32,000 bases of DNA from Candidatus Arthromitus sp. SFB-mouse-Japan (GCF_000270205.1 NC_015913.1:1350001-1382000); one strand, 5' to 3'; numbered from the stretch's first letter, positions 8,902 to 17,677 are shown. A program made the numbers and translations. The notes: a model not told the origin generated them from the sequence alone.

Positions 8902-10140
8902 CTAAAATATTCGTTTAACTCTTTTTTTGTTTCGTATTCTCTTAATAATAACTATTACAAGAACTATAATAACAATTATTAACAATATTGACAACGCATA
9001 AACCAAAATATTTGACATAATAATTGGCATCATATCTACAGTTAAATTATAGGATGACTTACTATCTAAAACTGAAACTTCAAAAGTTCCAATCGATTTA
9101 TTAATATCGGTAAAAATATTAATATTATTTTTCAAATAAATATTAGTAGATAAATTCTCTTTATTATAGTCATTATCATACATATATACATCATTATCTA
9201 AAATTAATGGAACTTCAGCAATTTTCTTAGGTCCAAAAAATCCAAAAAGCTTATACTCTAATGGAAAACTTTCAGAAACAATACTTCCCTTTTCATATAA
9301 TAACGATTTTTCCTCGTTTTGTGCCATCTCCATTAAATTATACATATCCCTAAATACATAGGAATCTTCCGCATCATATACAGACTTTAAAACTGTAATT
9401 ATGTATAAATTTCCATCCTTCTCAAAAGCACCTACAAGATTTCTTCCTGACCTAGATGTATAACCCGTTTTACCACCAATCATACCATCTATTCCCAATA
9501 ATTTATTAGAATTTTTATAAACTATAATAGATCCATTTGGTAAAGAAACACTTGTTTCCTTAATAGAAATAGTTTCTCGTATCCACTCATAACCAAGTGC
9601 CGCCTCTAAAAGTAATGCTAAATCATAAGCAGTCGAGTAATGCTCATCATCATGAAGTCCAACAGCATTCTTAAAATATGTATTTTTAAGTCCTAATTCT
9701 TTTAACTTATCATTCATTATATCTTCAAAAGGTTTTCCCAGTTCATCAGATAAATTATCCGCAACAACCTGTGCCATATCATTTGCGGAAAATATAAGTA
9801 TAGATTTCATAACAAAATCTGCACTCAATTCTTGACCTACATCAATAGAAGAATAATTTAAATTTACAGAATATTCTGGCATATCCTTAGCCTTAGCACT
9901 AAAAAACAACATATCCTCTTTATTTTTATGTTCAGCTAATAAAATAGCTGTAACAAGCTTTGAGATACTAGCCGGATACATTTTAACATTTGCATTTTTT
10001 GATAAAATAACCTCATTACTGTTTCCATCTATAACTACATACGACTCTCCATAAACTTTATAATCACTTATCTCCTCCGCTGATACACTTGTAAAAATAA
10101 CACTCAAAGAAAAAATAATACTAATTAACAATTTAAACAT
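8902..10140 (-). CDS. D-alanyl-D-alanine carboxypeptidase (serine-type, S11/PBP5-like) with signal peptide and C-terminal membrane anchor
   Basis: SxxK (PASISKLVT), SxN (FSAND) and KTG (GGKTGYT) motifs occur in the correct order. There is an N-terminal signal-like segment and a C-terminal hydrophobic helix followed by KRIRNKKRVKR. Confidence 0.85.
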   Translation of the reverse strand: MFKLLISIIFSLSVIFTSVSAEEISDYKVYGESYVVIDGNSNEVILSKNANVKMYPASISKLVTAILLAEHKNKEDMLFFSAKAKDMPEYSVNLNYSSIDVGQELSADFVMKSILIFSANDMAQVVADNLSDELGKPFEDIMNDKLKELGLKNTYFKNAVGLHDDEHYSTAYDLALLLEAALGYEWIRETISIKETSVSLPNGSIIVYKNSNKLLGIDGMIGGKTGYTSRSGRNLVGAFEKDGNLYIITVLKSVYDAEDSYVFRDMYNLMEMAQNEEKSLLYEKGSIVSESFPLEYKLFGFFGPKKIAEVPLILDNDVYMYDNDYNKENLSTNIYLKNNINIFTDINKSIGTFEVSVLDSKSSYNLTVDMMPIIMSNILVYALSILLIIVIIVLVIVIIKRIRNKKRVKRIF

Positions 10141-10173
10141 ACTAATCCCCCAAAATATTACAAATAAAAATTA

Positions 10174-10938
10174 TCACCTTACTCCTTTATTTATAACAGA
10201 TTTCTTAATAAAATAATCAAAATCTTTTTCAGTTATATCCTCTAATGTTCTAAACTTATATCCAAGTTGTTTCGCAGATAATATTATTCTCTCCAATGAA
10301 TTAACAGTATTTATATTACCATATCCATCGTGTAAAAGAACTATAGCCTTTGGTTTATTCCTAAGCTGGTTAATAGTAGAATTATATATCGTATCTGAAT
10401 TTTCAGGAACTCTCTCAGCATCCAAACCATATACATTCCATTCTATAAAATAATATTTATTATCTAAAAATTTACTTTTGATCTCATCTAAAACACTCTC
10501 TCTTAATAACTCGTTATTAACACCCCCTGGAAATCTAATGAAATTAACAGGCTCTTTTAGAATAACATCTTTTATTTTAACTACACAACTGTTTAAATCA
10601 ATAAAATAATCATCAGCTGTATCATAAATTTTTCTATAATTGTGGCAATTTGTATGTGGTAAAATACACATCCCATCCCTTTCTAACCTTTTTACAACAT
10701 CTTTATGCATTTCTACTTGATTTCCAATTACAAAAAATGTAGCTTTAACATTATTTCTATTTAATATATCCAGAACCTTATTTGTATTTGGACTAGGTCC
10801 ATCATCAAAAGTTAAATAAATCACTTTATCATGTTTATATGGTAAATATTTGTACTCATCTATACACTTAACATTAAACATAATCATATTAATTAATAAG
10901 CAAATATTAACGCATAATATAATAATTTTTTTATACAC
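10174..10938 (-). CDS. Polysaccharide deacetylase (NodB/CE4 family, Pda-like)
   Basis: NodB motifs are present: LTFDDGP, HTNCH, RFPGG, IVLLHDG. There is an N-terminal hydrophobic anchor. GTG start with GGAGAG 7 nt upstream. Only a 33-nt gap separates it from the downstream carboxypeptidase gene, so they are probably an operon. Confidence 0.85.
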   Translation of the reverse strand: MYKKIIILCVNICLLINMIMFNVKCIDEYKYLPYKHDKVIYLTFDDGPSPNTNKVLDILNRNNVKATFFVIGNQVEMHKDVVKRLERDGMCILPHTNCHNYRKIYDTADDYFIDLNSCVVKIKDVILKEPVNFIRFPGGVNNELLRESVLDEIKSKFLDNKYYFIEWNVYGLDAERVPENSDTIYNSTINQLRNKPKAIVLLHDGYGNINTVNSLERIILSAKQLGYKFRTLEDITEKDFDYFIKKSVINKGVR

Positions 10939-11012
10939 TCTTTAACTCTCCATTCTTTGCTAATTATAGTTAACTTACCCAATTTTCAAGAAAATTATCT
11001 AAAAATAAAAAA

Positions 11013-11037
11013 AGAGTACTTGAAATTCAAGTGCTCT
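11013..11037 (-). terminator. Intrinsic terminator after the 158-aa gene
   Basis: Inverted repeat agagtacttgaa / ttcaagtgctct with one mismatch on the minus-strand RNA. On the minus strand it is followed by a long U-tract (UUUUUUUAUUUUU). Confidence 0.45.
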
Positions 11038-11045
11038 TTTAAATA

Positions 11046-11522
11046 TTAGTCTAAATTTATCAACATAAATACCAATTCCCTATCAGTATTTATAATTCTA
11101 TTTATATAAAAATCTCCATTACTACTCTTTATCTTATATTCCTTTATAGTATCTTTAATTACATTATCCATAATTTCCCTCAAACTATTAATAGATATAT
11201 CAAATCTCTTATTAGAAATTATTCCTTCAATTAAAGAGATAAACTTATTTTTATCTGCTTTTCCACATAAATTCAAATCAATAAAACCAGCTATAGATTT
11301 AAATTTGTTCAAACTATTAAATGAAATATTTAAAGCAAATGACCTATAATAAATATTGCAAGTATCACATTTAAAATCATATTTAATACCTGTGTTCTTG
11401 CAAATATCACTAACTATATATCTATCATCTAATTTCTTAAACTTGTCTAAATCGACAATATCCATAAATAAAGAATCTTTTTTGCTCAATAGTTTTTTAT
11501 CATAATTATGCTCTGACCTCAC
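11046..11522 (-). CDS. Hypothetical protein (158 aa), no family recognised
   Basis: GTG start preceded by AGGAGGGG at about 7 nt. It has its own terminator downstream. No motif that I can place. Confidence 0.55.
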   Translation of the reverse strand: MRSEHNYDKKLLSKKDSLFMDIVDLDKFKKLDDRYIVSDICKNTGIKYDFKCDTCNIYYRSFALNISFNSLNKFKSIAGFIDLNLCGKADKNKFISLIEGIISNKRFDISINSLREIMDNVIKDTIKEYKIKSSNGDFYINRIINTDRELVFMLINLD

Positions 11523-11739
11523 CTCAAATCCCCTCCTAAGTAAACAACTATAACCGCCTCTTTATTTTCAAAGTAAATTATATTATCATCAAAATAATTT
11601 ATTACAATAATTTTATTATGGTTTTTTAAATAAAATTTAAACATTATTTAATAAATAAATTATTATTTCAAAAAGCTTGTATATTTTTCCTAATTAAAAG
11701 AAATAATTTGAGTATGTTTAAATTAGGAGTTTGAAATAA

Positions 11740-11871
11740 ATGAAAAATTGTTATTGTTGTGGTAAAGAAGGAACAAATATTATTAAACTAATTTACTCGA
11801 ATTTTATTTTGTGCAATTATTGTGCAAAAACTTATTACGATTCACTAAAAATTTTAAATAATTACATATAA
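11740..11871 (+). CDS. Possible 43-codon Cys-rich (CxCC...CxxC) micro-protein, absent from the ORF track
   Basis: ATG at 11740 with AGGAG about 10 nt upstream. It translates to MKNCYCCGKEGTNIIKLIYSNFILCNYCAKTYYDSLKILNNYI. The stop abuts a strong hairpin, but that hairpin could equally be just the tRNA-Trp terminator. Confidence 0.4.
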   Translation: MKNCYCCGKEGTNIIKLIYSNFILCNYCAKTYYDSLKILNNYI

Positions 11872-11902
11872 AAAGAGAGACGAAAAATTCGTCTCTCTTT
11901 TT
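11871..11902. terminator. Bidirectional terminator (micro-ORF on +, tRNA-Trp on -)
   Basis: Stem agagagacgaa / ttcgtctctct (11 bp, 3-nt loop), flanked by an A-run on the left and a T-run on the right. It lies 8 nt from the tRNA-Trp 3' end. Confidence 0.6.
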
Positions 11903-11909
11903 CACAATA

Positions 11910-11985
11910 TGGCAGGGGTAGCAGGAGTCGAACCCGCAACCAACGGTTTTGGAGACCGCTACTCTACCAATTGAGCTATACCCCT
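11910..11985 (-). tRNA. trnW: tRNA-Trp (anticodon CCA), CCA 3' end encoded
   Basis: Reverse complement AGGGGTATAGCTCAATTGGTAGAGTAGCGGTCTCCAAAACCGTTGGTTGCGGGTTCGACTCCTGCTACCCCTGCCA. It folds as a cloverleaf with anticodon loop CU-CCA-AA and a GGTTCGA T-loop. Confidence 0.95.
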
Positions 11986-11998
11986 AGATTACCATAAC

Positions 11999-12027
11999 AT
12001 TATACTATAATTTTTATACTAAATCAA
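11999..12027 (-). promoter_or_regulatory. Candidate sigma-A promoter for tRNA-Trp
   Basis: Minus strand: TTGATT (12027-12022), 17-nt spacer, TATAAT (12004-11999). The -10 ends 13 nt upstream of the mature tRNA 5' end. Confidence 0.5.
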
Positions 12028-12040
12028 TGATAAAATTAAA

Positions 12041-12069
12041 TTTACATTACTACTAAAAATTATTAAAAT
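12041..12069 (+). promoter_or_regulatory. Candidate sigma-A promoter for tsaE-tsaB-rimI
   Basis: TTTACA (12041-12046), 17-nt spacer, TAAAAT (12064-12069). It is back-to-back with the tRNA-Trp promoter. Confidence 0.4.
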
Positions 12070-12100
12070 TATTCTATATAAATATAAAATGGAGTTGTTT

Positions 12101-12583
12101 ATGAAGAATACTTTAAAAATAAATAATATAAATGAGACAATTAATATTGGAAAATTAATTGGAAAAAACTTAAATAAAAGCGTAATAATTGCATTAGATG
12201 GGGATATGGGGTGTGGTAAAACACATTTAACAAAGGGAATTGCTATGGGACTCAATATTAAAAATAATATAACTAGCCCAACATTTAATTTAATAAATGA
12301 ATACTACGATGGAACCTTACCTTTATATCATTTTGATGTTTATAGATTAAATTCTTTAGATGAATTATTTTTAATTGGATTTAATGACTACATTAAAAAT
12401 GACGGAGTCAAAATTATAGAATGGGCCTCAAATATAAGAGAGGCTCTCCCGAAAAATACGAATTACATAAATATCTTTAAAGTTCCCACAAAAGATAATG
12501 AGCGCATAATTGAATTTAATTTTAGTAATGAATATATTGAAGTTCTAACTATAATTTTAAATAATTTTAAAAAGGAGGTTTAA
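12101..12583 (+). CDS. tsaE: tRNA t6A37 threonylcarbamoyladenosine biosynthesis ATPase TsaE
   Basis: P-loop GDMGCGKTHLTKG, plus SPTFNLINEY and HFDVYRL motifs. I prefer the ATG at 12101 (GGAG at 12091-12094, 6-nt spacing) to the track start at 12089, which overlaps that RBS. Confidence 0.85.
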   Translation: MKNTLKINNINETINIGKLIGKNLNKSVIIALDGDMGCGKTHLTKGIAMGLNIKNNITSPTFNLINEYYDGTLPLYHFDVYRLNSLDELFLIGFNDYIKNDGVKIIEWASNIREALPKNTNYINIFKVPTKDNERIIEFNFSNEYIEVLTIILNNFKKEV

Positions 12584-12587
12584 TAAT

Positions 12588-13298
12588 ATGATACTTTTAA
12601 CTCTAGATACAAACTCAGACATACTAAGTGCCTGTGTTACAAAAAATGAAAAATTATTGTCAGAAATAAACATATATAATTTGAAAAATCATTCTATAAA
12701 CTCTATAAATATCATAGATTGCATTTTAAAAAATTCAAATATAGCAATAAACGACGTAGATGGATTTATTTTATCTAAAGGTCCTGGAAGTTTTACAGGA
12801 CTTAGAATAGCCTTCTCAATAATAAAAGCTTTCTCATTTTCTTTAAAAAAACCAATGATCTCTCTATCATCTTTGGACTCTTTATGTTTTAGAGAAAATT
12901 TTAATGGTATTGTATGTAGCATAATAAATGCATTGAGAGATGAAATCTATATAAATTCATTTAGATATAAAGATGAAATAATACAAAATCGTTTTGAAGG
13001 AGAAATTATACATATAAATAATATTAAAAAATATTTAAAATCAAAAAATACTAATCTAGATAACATACTTTTTACAGGTGATGGAACAATAAGATTTGAA
13101 TCTGAATTAAATTCGTTTTTCCCAAATGCATATTTAAATAAAAAGCCTATAACTTCATATGATTATGCACTATTAGGACTAGAAAAATTTAAATTAAATT
13201 TATTTGACGATACAACTTCTTCTGTTCCTTCATATATACGAATGTCCCAAGCCCAAGAAATGCTTCTTAATAAAAATTATAAATTCAAAAATGATTAA
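12588..13298 (+). CDS. tsaB: tRNA t6A37 biosynthesis protein TsaB
   Basis: N-terminal LTLDTNSD, and GPGSFTGLRI typical of TsaB/YeaZ. AAGGAGG lies upstream, 4 nt after the tsaE stop. Confidence 0.85.
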   Translation: MILLTLDTNSDILSACVTKNEKLLSEINIYNLKNHSINSINIIDCILKNSNIAINDVDGFILSKGPGSFTGLRIAFSIIKAFSFSLKKPMISLSSLDSLCFRENFNGIVCSIINALRDEIYINSFRYKDEIIQNRFEGEIIHINNIKKYLKSKNTNLDNILFTGDGTIRFESELNSFFPNAYLNKKPITSYDYALLGLEKFKLNLFDDTTSSVPSYIRMSQAQEMLLNKNYKFKND

Positions 13299-13731
13299 TT
13301 TAAAAGATATTTATATACAAAAATCTAAAAGTTCACATATAGATTCTATCTACTCAATAAGTAATTCAAATATTAAAAATTCATGGAGCATAAAATTATT
13401 TAATGAAGACTTTAATAGTATATTCTCTGAATATTTTTCGTTAATGTATAAGAATCAAGTAATTGGATTTTTGAGTGTATGGATAATAATAGATGAAATA
13501 ACCATTACCAATATATCCATTCATAATGATTATAGAGGTCTGGGATTATCAAACTATTTAATGGAATATCTCATAATAAATTATAATGAATATACTATAC
13601 TTCTTGAAGTTCGTGAATCTAATAATATAGCAATAAACCTATATAAAAAATTTAACTTTAGAGAAATATGTATAAGAGAAAATTATTACAAATTTCCTGT
13701 AGAAAATGCCATAATAATGAAAAAATTCTAG
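13291..13731 (+). CDS. rimI: Ribosomal-protein-alanine N-acetyltransferase RimI (GNAT)
   Basis: GNAT core (ITITNISIHNDYRGLGLSNYLM, LLEVRESNNIAINLYKKFNF) in the conserved position after tsaB. The ATG at 13291 overlaps the tsaB stop (ATGATTAA), giving 146 aa. The track start at 13204 lies inside tsaB. Confidence 0.8.
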   Translation: MINLKDIYIQKSKSSHIDSIYSISNSNIKNSWSIKLFNEDFNSIFSEYFSLMYKNQVIGFLSVWIIIDEITITNISIHNDYRGLGLSNYLMEYLIINYNEYTILLEVRESNNIAINLYKKFNFREICIRENYYKFPVENAIIMKKF

Positions 13732-13748
13732 GATAAATTCCTAGAATT
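13724..13748. terminator. Bidirectional terminator overlapping both convergent stop codons
   Basis: 10-bp perfect stem aattctagga / tcctagaatt with a 5-nt loop. The rimI TAG lies in the left arm, and the last base of the right arm is part of the minus-strand TAA. There are U-tracts on both strands. Confidence 0.65.
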
Positions 13749-14305
13749 TATTTTTTGAGTCTAGCAATAATAGCAACGGTTGGGAAGAACACTATCATAG
13801 ATTTTATTATATTATACGGAACGATATATATAATCAAAAATTTTAACAATGTATTTCCTTCCCCAATAAAAGAACTTAACTCAACCCCTAATAATTTTAC
13901 ATAAACAGGTAATATTACCGTAGCATTTAATATAACTCCTGCTAAAGTAAGTCCAATCATTCCAGATAATAAACTAAAAATATATTTCTTATTTCCATCA
14001 AATTTTTTATAAAAATATGCTCCCGGAATTATAAAAAAAACCCCCATCAAAAAATTTGCAAGCTCCCCTATGCCAAAAGTAAAACTTCCCATAGTAAAAC
14101 ACACCAATAAATTTTTTAATGCTAAAGATATAACACCCCAAATAGGAGAAAATATTATAGTTATAAAAAATATCGGTATATCTGATAGATCAAACTTTAA
14201 AAAATTTGGTAAAAATGGAACGCTCAATCTAAAATACATAAGAACAACTGATAAAGATATCAAAATACATATTTTAATCTTACTATTAAATTTAAAATTT
14301 TTCAT
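13748..14305 (-). CDS. ribU: ECF transporter S component, riboflavin-type (RibU-like)
   Basis: Six hydrophobic helices. The blocks VPFLPNFLKFDLSDIPIFF, LKNLL, GELANFLMG..FIIP and VPYNIIKS parallel B. subtilis RibU/YpaA as I recall it. AGGTG RBS lies in the 24-nt gap after tex. Confidence 0.65.
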   Translation of the reverse strand: MKNFKFNSKIKICILISLSVVLMYFRLSVPFLPNFLKFDLSDIPIFFITIIFSPIWGVISLALKNLLVCFTMGSFTFGIGELANFLMGVFFIIPGAYFYKKFDGNKKYIFSLLSGMIGLTLAGVILNATVILPVYVKLLGVELSSFIGEGNTLLKFLIIYIVPYNIIKSMIVFFPTVAIIARLKK

Positions 14306-14329
14306 ACATTAATACACCTATAATAATTA

Positions 14330-16487
14330 TTATACTCTCATTGTTAAAGAAATTCTATTTCTTTCTTTATCTATTTTAAGTACCTTAACATTAACAATCT
14401 CACCTAATTTTACTACATCTAATGGATGTCTTATAAATTTATCAGATATCTGAGACTTATGTACTAATCCATCTTGATGAACTCCAATATCTACAAAAGC
14501 TCCAAAATCAGAAATATTTCTAATAGTACCAACAAGTATCATTCCTTCTTTTAAATCATCCATAGTTAAAACTCCCTTTTTAAATATAGGCTCCGGTAAA
14601 TCTTCCCTTGGATCTCTAGCAGGTTTTTTAAGTTCTTTTATTATATCTCTCAACGTAATCTCTCCAATACCTAACATTTTAGATATTTCAAAACTATTTT
14701 GTTTTTTAAACCTCTCATCTAGATCAACTATCTTCCCACGATACTTTAAATCATCTATATCCAAATCAAACATATTCAAAAGCTTTTTTGTAGCATCATA
14801 ACTTTCAGGATGAACTGAAGTATTATCAAGACCATTTTCTCCATCACTTATTCTTAAAAATCCAACACATTGTTCATAAGCCTTATTACCTAGACGTTTA
14901 ACCTTTAAAAGTTCTGCTCTACTTTTAAACTTTCCATTTTCTTCTCTGTACTTTACAATATTCTCAGCAATAGATGCGTTTATTCCGGAAATATATGATA
15001 ATATAGAAGGTGTTGCCATATTTAAATCTACTCCAACCGAATTTACACAATCCTCTATCACAGTTTTAAGCGACTCTTCTAATTTCTTACCATTTATATC
15101 ATGCTGATACTGTCCAACACCTATTGATTTAGGATCTATTTTAACAAGTTCAACTAAAGGATCTTGCAATCTCCTTCCTATTGAAATTGCTCCTCTTATA
15201 GTAACATCTAAATCAGGATACTCTTTACTTGCAAGTTCAGAGGCTGAATAAACAGAAGCTCCAGCTTCTGATACTATTACATAAGATAAATCTATACCCT
15301 TCTCTTTCTTAACCTCATTTATAATTTCACCAACAATTTCTTCAGTTTCACGACTTGCAGTACCATTTCCTAACGAAATTAAACTTACGTTGTATTTATA
15401 AATTAACTCCTTTAACTTTTTCTTACTTTCCTCAACTTTTTTAACAGGCTCATTTGGATATATTAGTAGTCGAATCCAAATATGTTCCTGTATCACTTAA
15501 TATACAAACTTTACAACCAGTACGAAATCCAGGATCAATCGCCATGACAACTTTATTTTTTATTGGAGGCTGCATAAGCAGCGCTTTTAAATTCTCCTTA
15601 AATATAATAATTGCACCATCTTCTGCCTCTATGCTTAAATCCTTTCTAATTTCTCTGATAATCGAAGGTACTATAAGTCTTTTTAAAGAATCATTTATAG
15701 CCTCTAATATTAATTCATTACATTTTTCATTCTCAACCATAATATTAGAAAATATCCTATTTATAATTTCACTTTCTCCGAAAGATATCTTAACTTTTAA
15801 AATTCCCTCTTTCTCTCCTCTATTAATAGCTAATATCCTGTGAGGAGGTATCACCCTTACTTTTTCACTATATTCGTAATATCCCTCATATTGAGTCCTC
15901 TTATCACTTTCTCCACATGTTTCAATAATTCCATTCTCAAATATATAATTACGAATAAATTTTCTAAAATCTGCATTATCTGAAATTGTTTCAGATATTA
16001 TATCCTTAGCTCCATTTAAAGCATCTTGTCCACCTTTAATGCCTAATTCCTCATTTATATACTTTTCACTCTCTTTCATAATATCCCCATTAAACTCTTT
16101 ATGTAAAATGATATCCGAAAGTGGTTTTAATCCTTTTTCCTCTGCAATAATTGCACGGGTTCTTTTCTTTGGTTTAAATGGCCTATACACATCTTCTATT
16201 TCAACCAATGTATTAGCTTTTAAAATATTATCTCTAATCTCATCTGTCAACTTCCCCTGTTCATCAATCAAACGTATAATATTATCTTTCTTTTCATTCA
16301 GATTTCTTAAATAATTAAGTCTAACCTCAAATTTTCTTAATACAACATCATCGAGAGAACCTGTTGCTTCTTTCCTATATCTACTTATAAATGGAACTGT
16401 ATTACCCTCATCTAATAGGTTAATTACATTATCAACATATTTTTTATCAATTAAAAACTCACTAGATAAAATTTTAGAAATATCCAT
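14330..16487 (-). pseudogene. tex: tex (S1-domain transcription accessory protein) interrupted by a 1-nt frameshift near 15463-15464
   Basis: Two overlapping ORFs (16487..15450 and 15496..14330) together give one Tex protein: N-terminal TVPFISRYRKE, YqgF-like IDPGFRTGCK, GNGTASRETE, HhH region and C-terminal S1 domain (GAFVDIGVHQDGLVHKSQIS). The span is 2158 nt, which is 719 codons plus 1. The sequence reads ...GAT TCG ACT ACT A ATA TAT CCA...; dropping one A restores LDSTTIYPNEP. The true start is the ATG at 16487 (GGGAGGAAT upstream), not 16529. Confidence 0.8.
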
Positions 16488-16512
16488 ATTAATTCCTCCC
16501 ATTGTCATAAAT

Positions 16513-17626
16513 TTACTTTTCTCTATCAATAGAGCCTTTTATATGATTTTTTATAAATATATCAATATCTCCATCAAGCACCTTATTTATATCTGATATT
16601 TCAACATTCATTCTATGATCCTTAACAAGTGTATATGGATGCATAACATATGACCTTATTTGACTCCCAAATCCAATTTCTTTTAGATCACCCGTTAAAT
16701 CCTCAAGTTTCTCCTTATGGGTTCTATCCTTAAGTTCAATCAATTTAGATACTAGCATTTTCATCGCAGTTTCCTTATTTGATAACTGACTCCTCTCATT
16801 TTGACATTGAACAACTATACCTGTCTTTAAATGAGTTATTCTAACTGCAGACTCCGTTTTATTGACATGCTGTCCCCCTGCGCCACTAGCCCTATATGTA
16901 TCAATTTTAAGTTCACTCTCATTTATCTTAACTTCCTTTATATTCTGTATCTCTGGTAAAATCTCGACAGATGCAAAAGATGTTTGTCTTTTACCATTAG
17001 CATTAAAAGGGGAAATTCTAACAAGTCTATGTATGCCTCTTTCCCCCTTCATATAACCATAAGCATACTCACCTTCAATTTTTATAGTAGCACTTTTTAT
17101 TCCTGCTTCATCACCTATAGTGTACTCAATAACATTTAAAGTAAATTTATTTTCCTCTCCCCATCTCATATACATTCTAAAAAGCATCTCACTCCAGTCT
17201 TGAGCATCAACTCCACCAGCACCAGCATGAATAGTTAAAAAAGCATTATTTTTATCATACTCACCGTTTAAAATAGTCCTAATACTAAGATTATCTATAA
17301 GATCTTTAAATTTATAAAAATCATCTTTAAATATCTTTATATATTCCTCATCATTATCATCCTTAATAAGCTCTAACGACTCTAATAAATATTCATAATC
17401 TTTAGATAAATTATTTACTTCGTCTATTCTATCTTTTAAACTCTTGCTAATCCTAACTATTCTAGTACTATTTTCAACATCGTCCCAAAATTTAGTATCC
17501 TCCATCATAATAGAATACTCTTCAAGTTTCTTATTTAAATTATCTAAGTCAAAGAAACCCCCTTATAACATCAAAATTCTCCTTTATATCCTTGAGCTCA
17601 CTCTTAAAATATTGATAATCAAACAT
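16513..17626 (-). CDS. prfB: Peptide chain release factor 2, expressed through a programmed +1 frameshift
   Basis: Frame 0 runs 17626..17552 (MFDYQYFKSELKDIKENFDVIRGFL) and ends in CTT TGA C. Frame +1 runs 17550..16513 and continues DLDNLNKKLEEYSIMMEDTKFW...SGAGGQHVNKTESAV (GGQ motif). GAGGAG RBS precedes the ATG at 17626. Total is 370 aa. Confidence 0.9.
17548..17563 (-). other. RF2 autoregulatory +1 frameshift cassette
   Basis: The minus strand reads AGG GGG TTT CTT TGA C. This is an internal SD-like AGGGGG, the slippery CUU, an in-frame UGA and a following C, the same layout as the classical prfB site. Confidence 0.85.
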
Positions 17627-17649
17627 AACTTTCTCCTCTGTATATAAAA

Positions 17650-17667
17650 AGCTGCTAAAAAGCAGCT
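17650..17667 (-). terminator. Small hairpin plus U-tract between secA and prfB (weak terminator/attenuator)
   Basis: 7-bp stem agctgct / agcagct with a 4-nt loop. On the minus strand it is followed by UUUUUAUAUA, directly before the prfB RBS. Confidence 0.4.
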
Positions 17668-17677
17668 AAAATAAAAT

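Noticed and set aside
11046-11985. Integrated element at the 3' end of tRNA-Trp
   Set aside because: There is no integrase, no duplicated tRNA 3' fragment (att-like repeat) and no phage or plasmid genes. Only one orphan gene and a micro-ORF are present, so I do not claim an island.
12019-12255. 78-aa minus-strand ORF overlapping the tsaE promoter and 5' end
   Set aside because: It is antisense to tsaE and to the promoter region. It gives a hydrophobic low-complexity translation with no RBS.
13204-13290. Upstream extension of rimI to the track start at 13204
   Set aside because: The extension lies wholly inside tsaB in another frame. The ATG at 13291 gives a normal-length (146 aa) RimI and the common ATGA-type overlap with the tsaB stop.
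15450-15496. Programmed ribosomal frameshift in tex (rather than a mutation or error)
   Set aside because: The junction (ACT ACT AAT ATA TCC AAA TGA) has no slippery heptamer, no SD-like stimulator and no stop codon at the shift site, unlike prfB. A 1-nt insertion or assembly error is the simpler reading.
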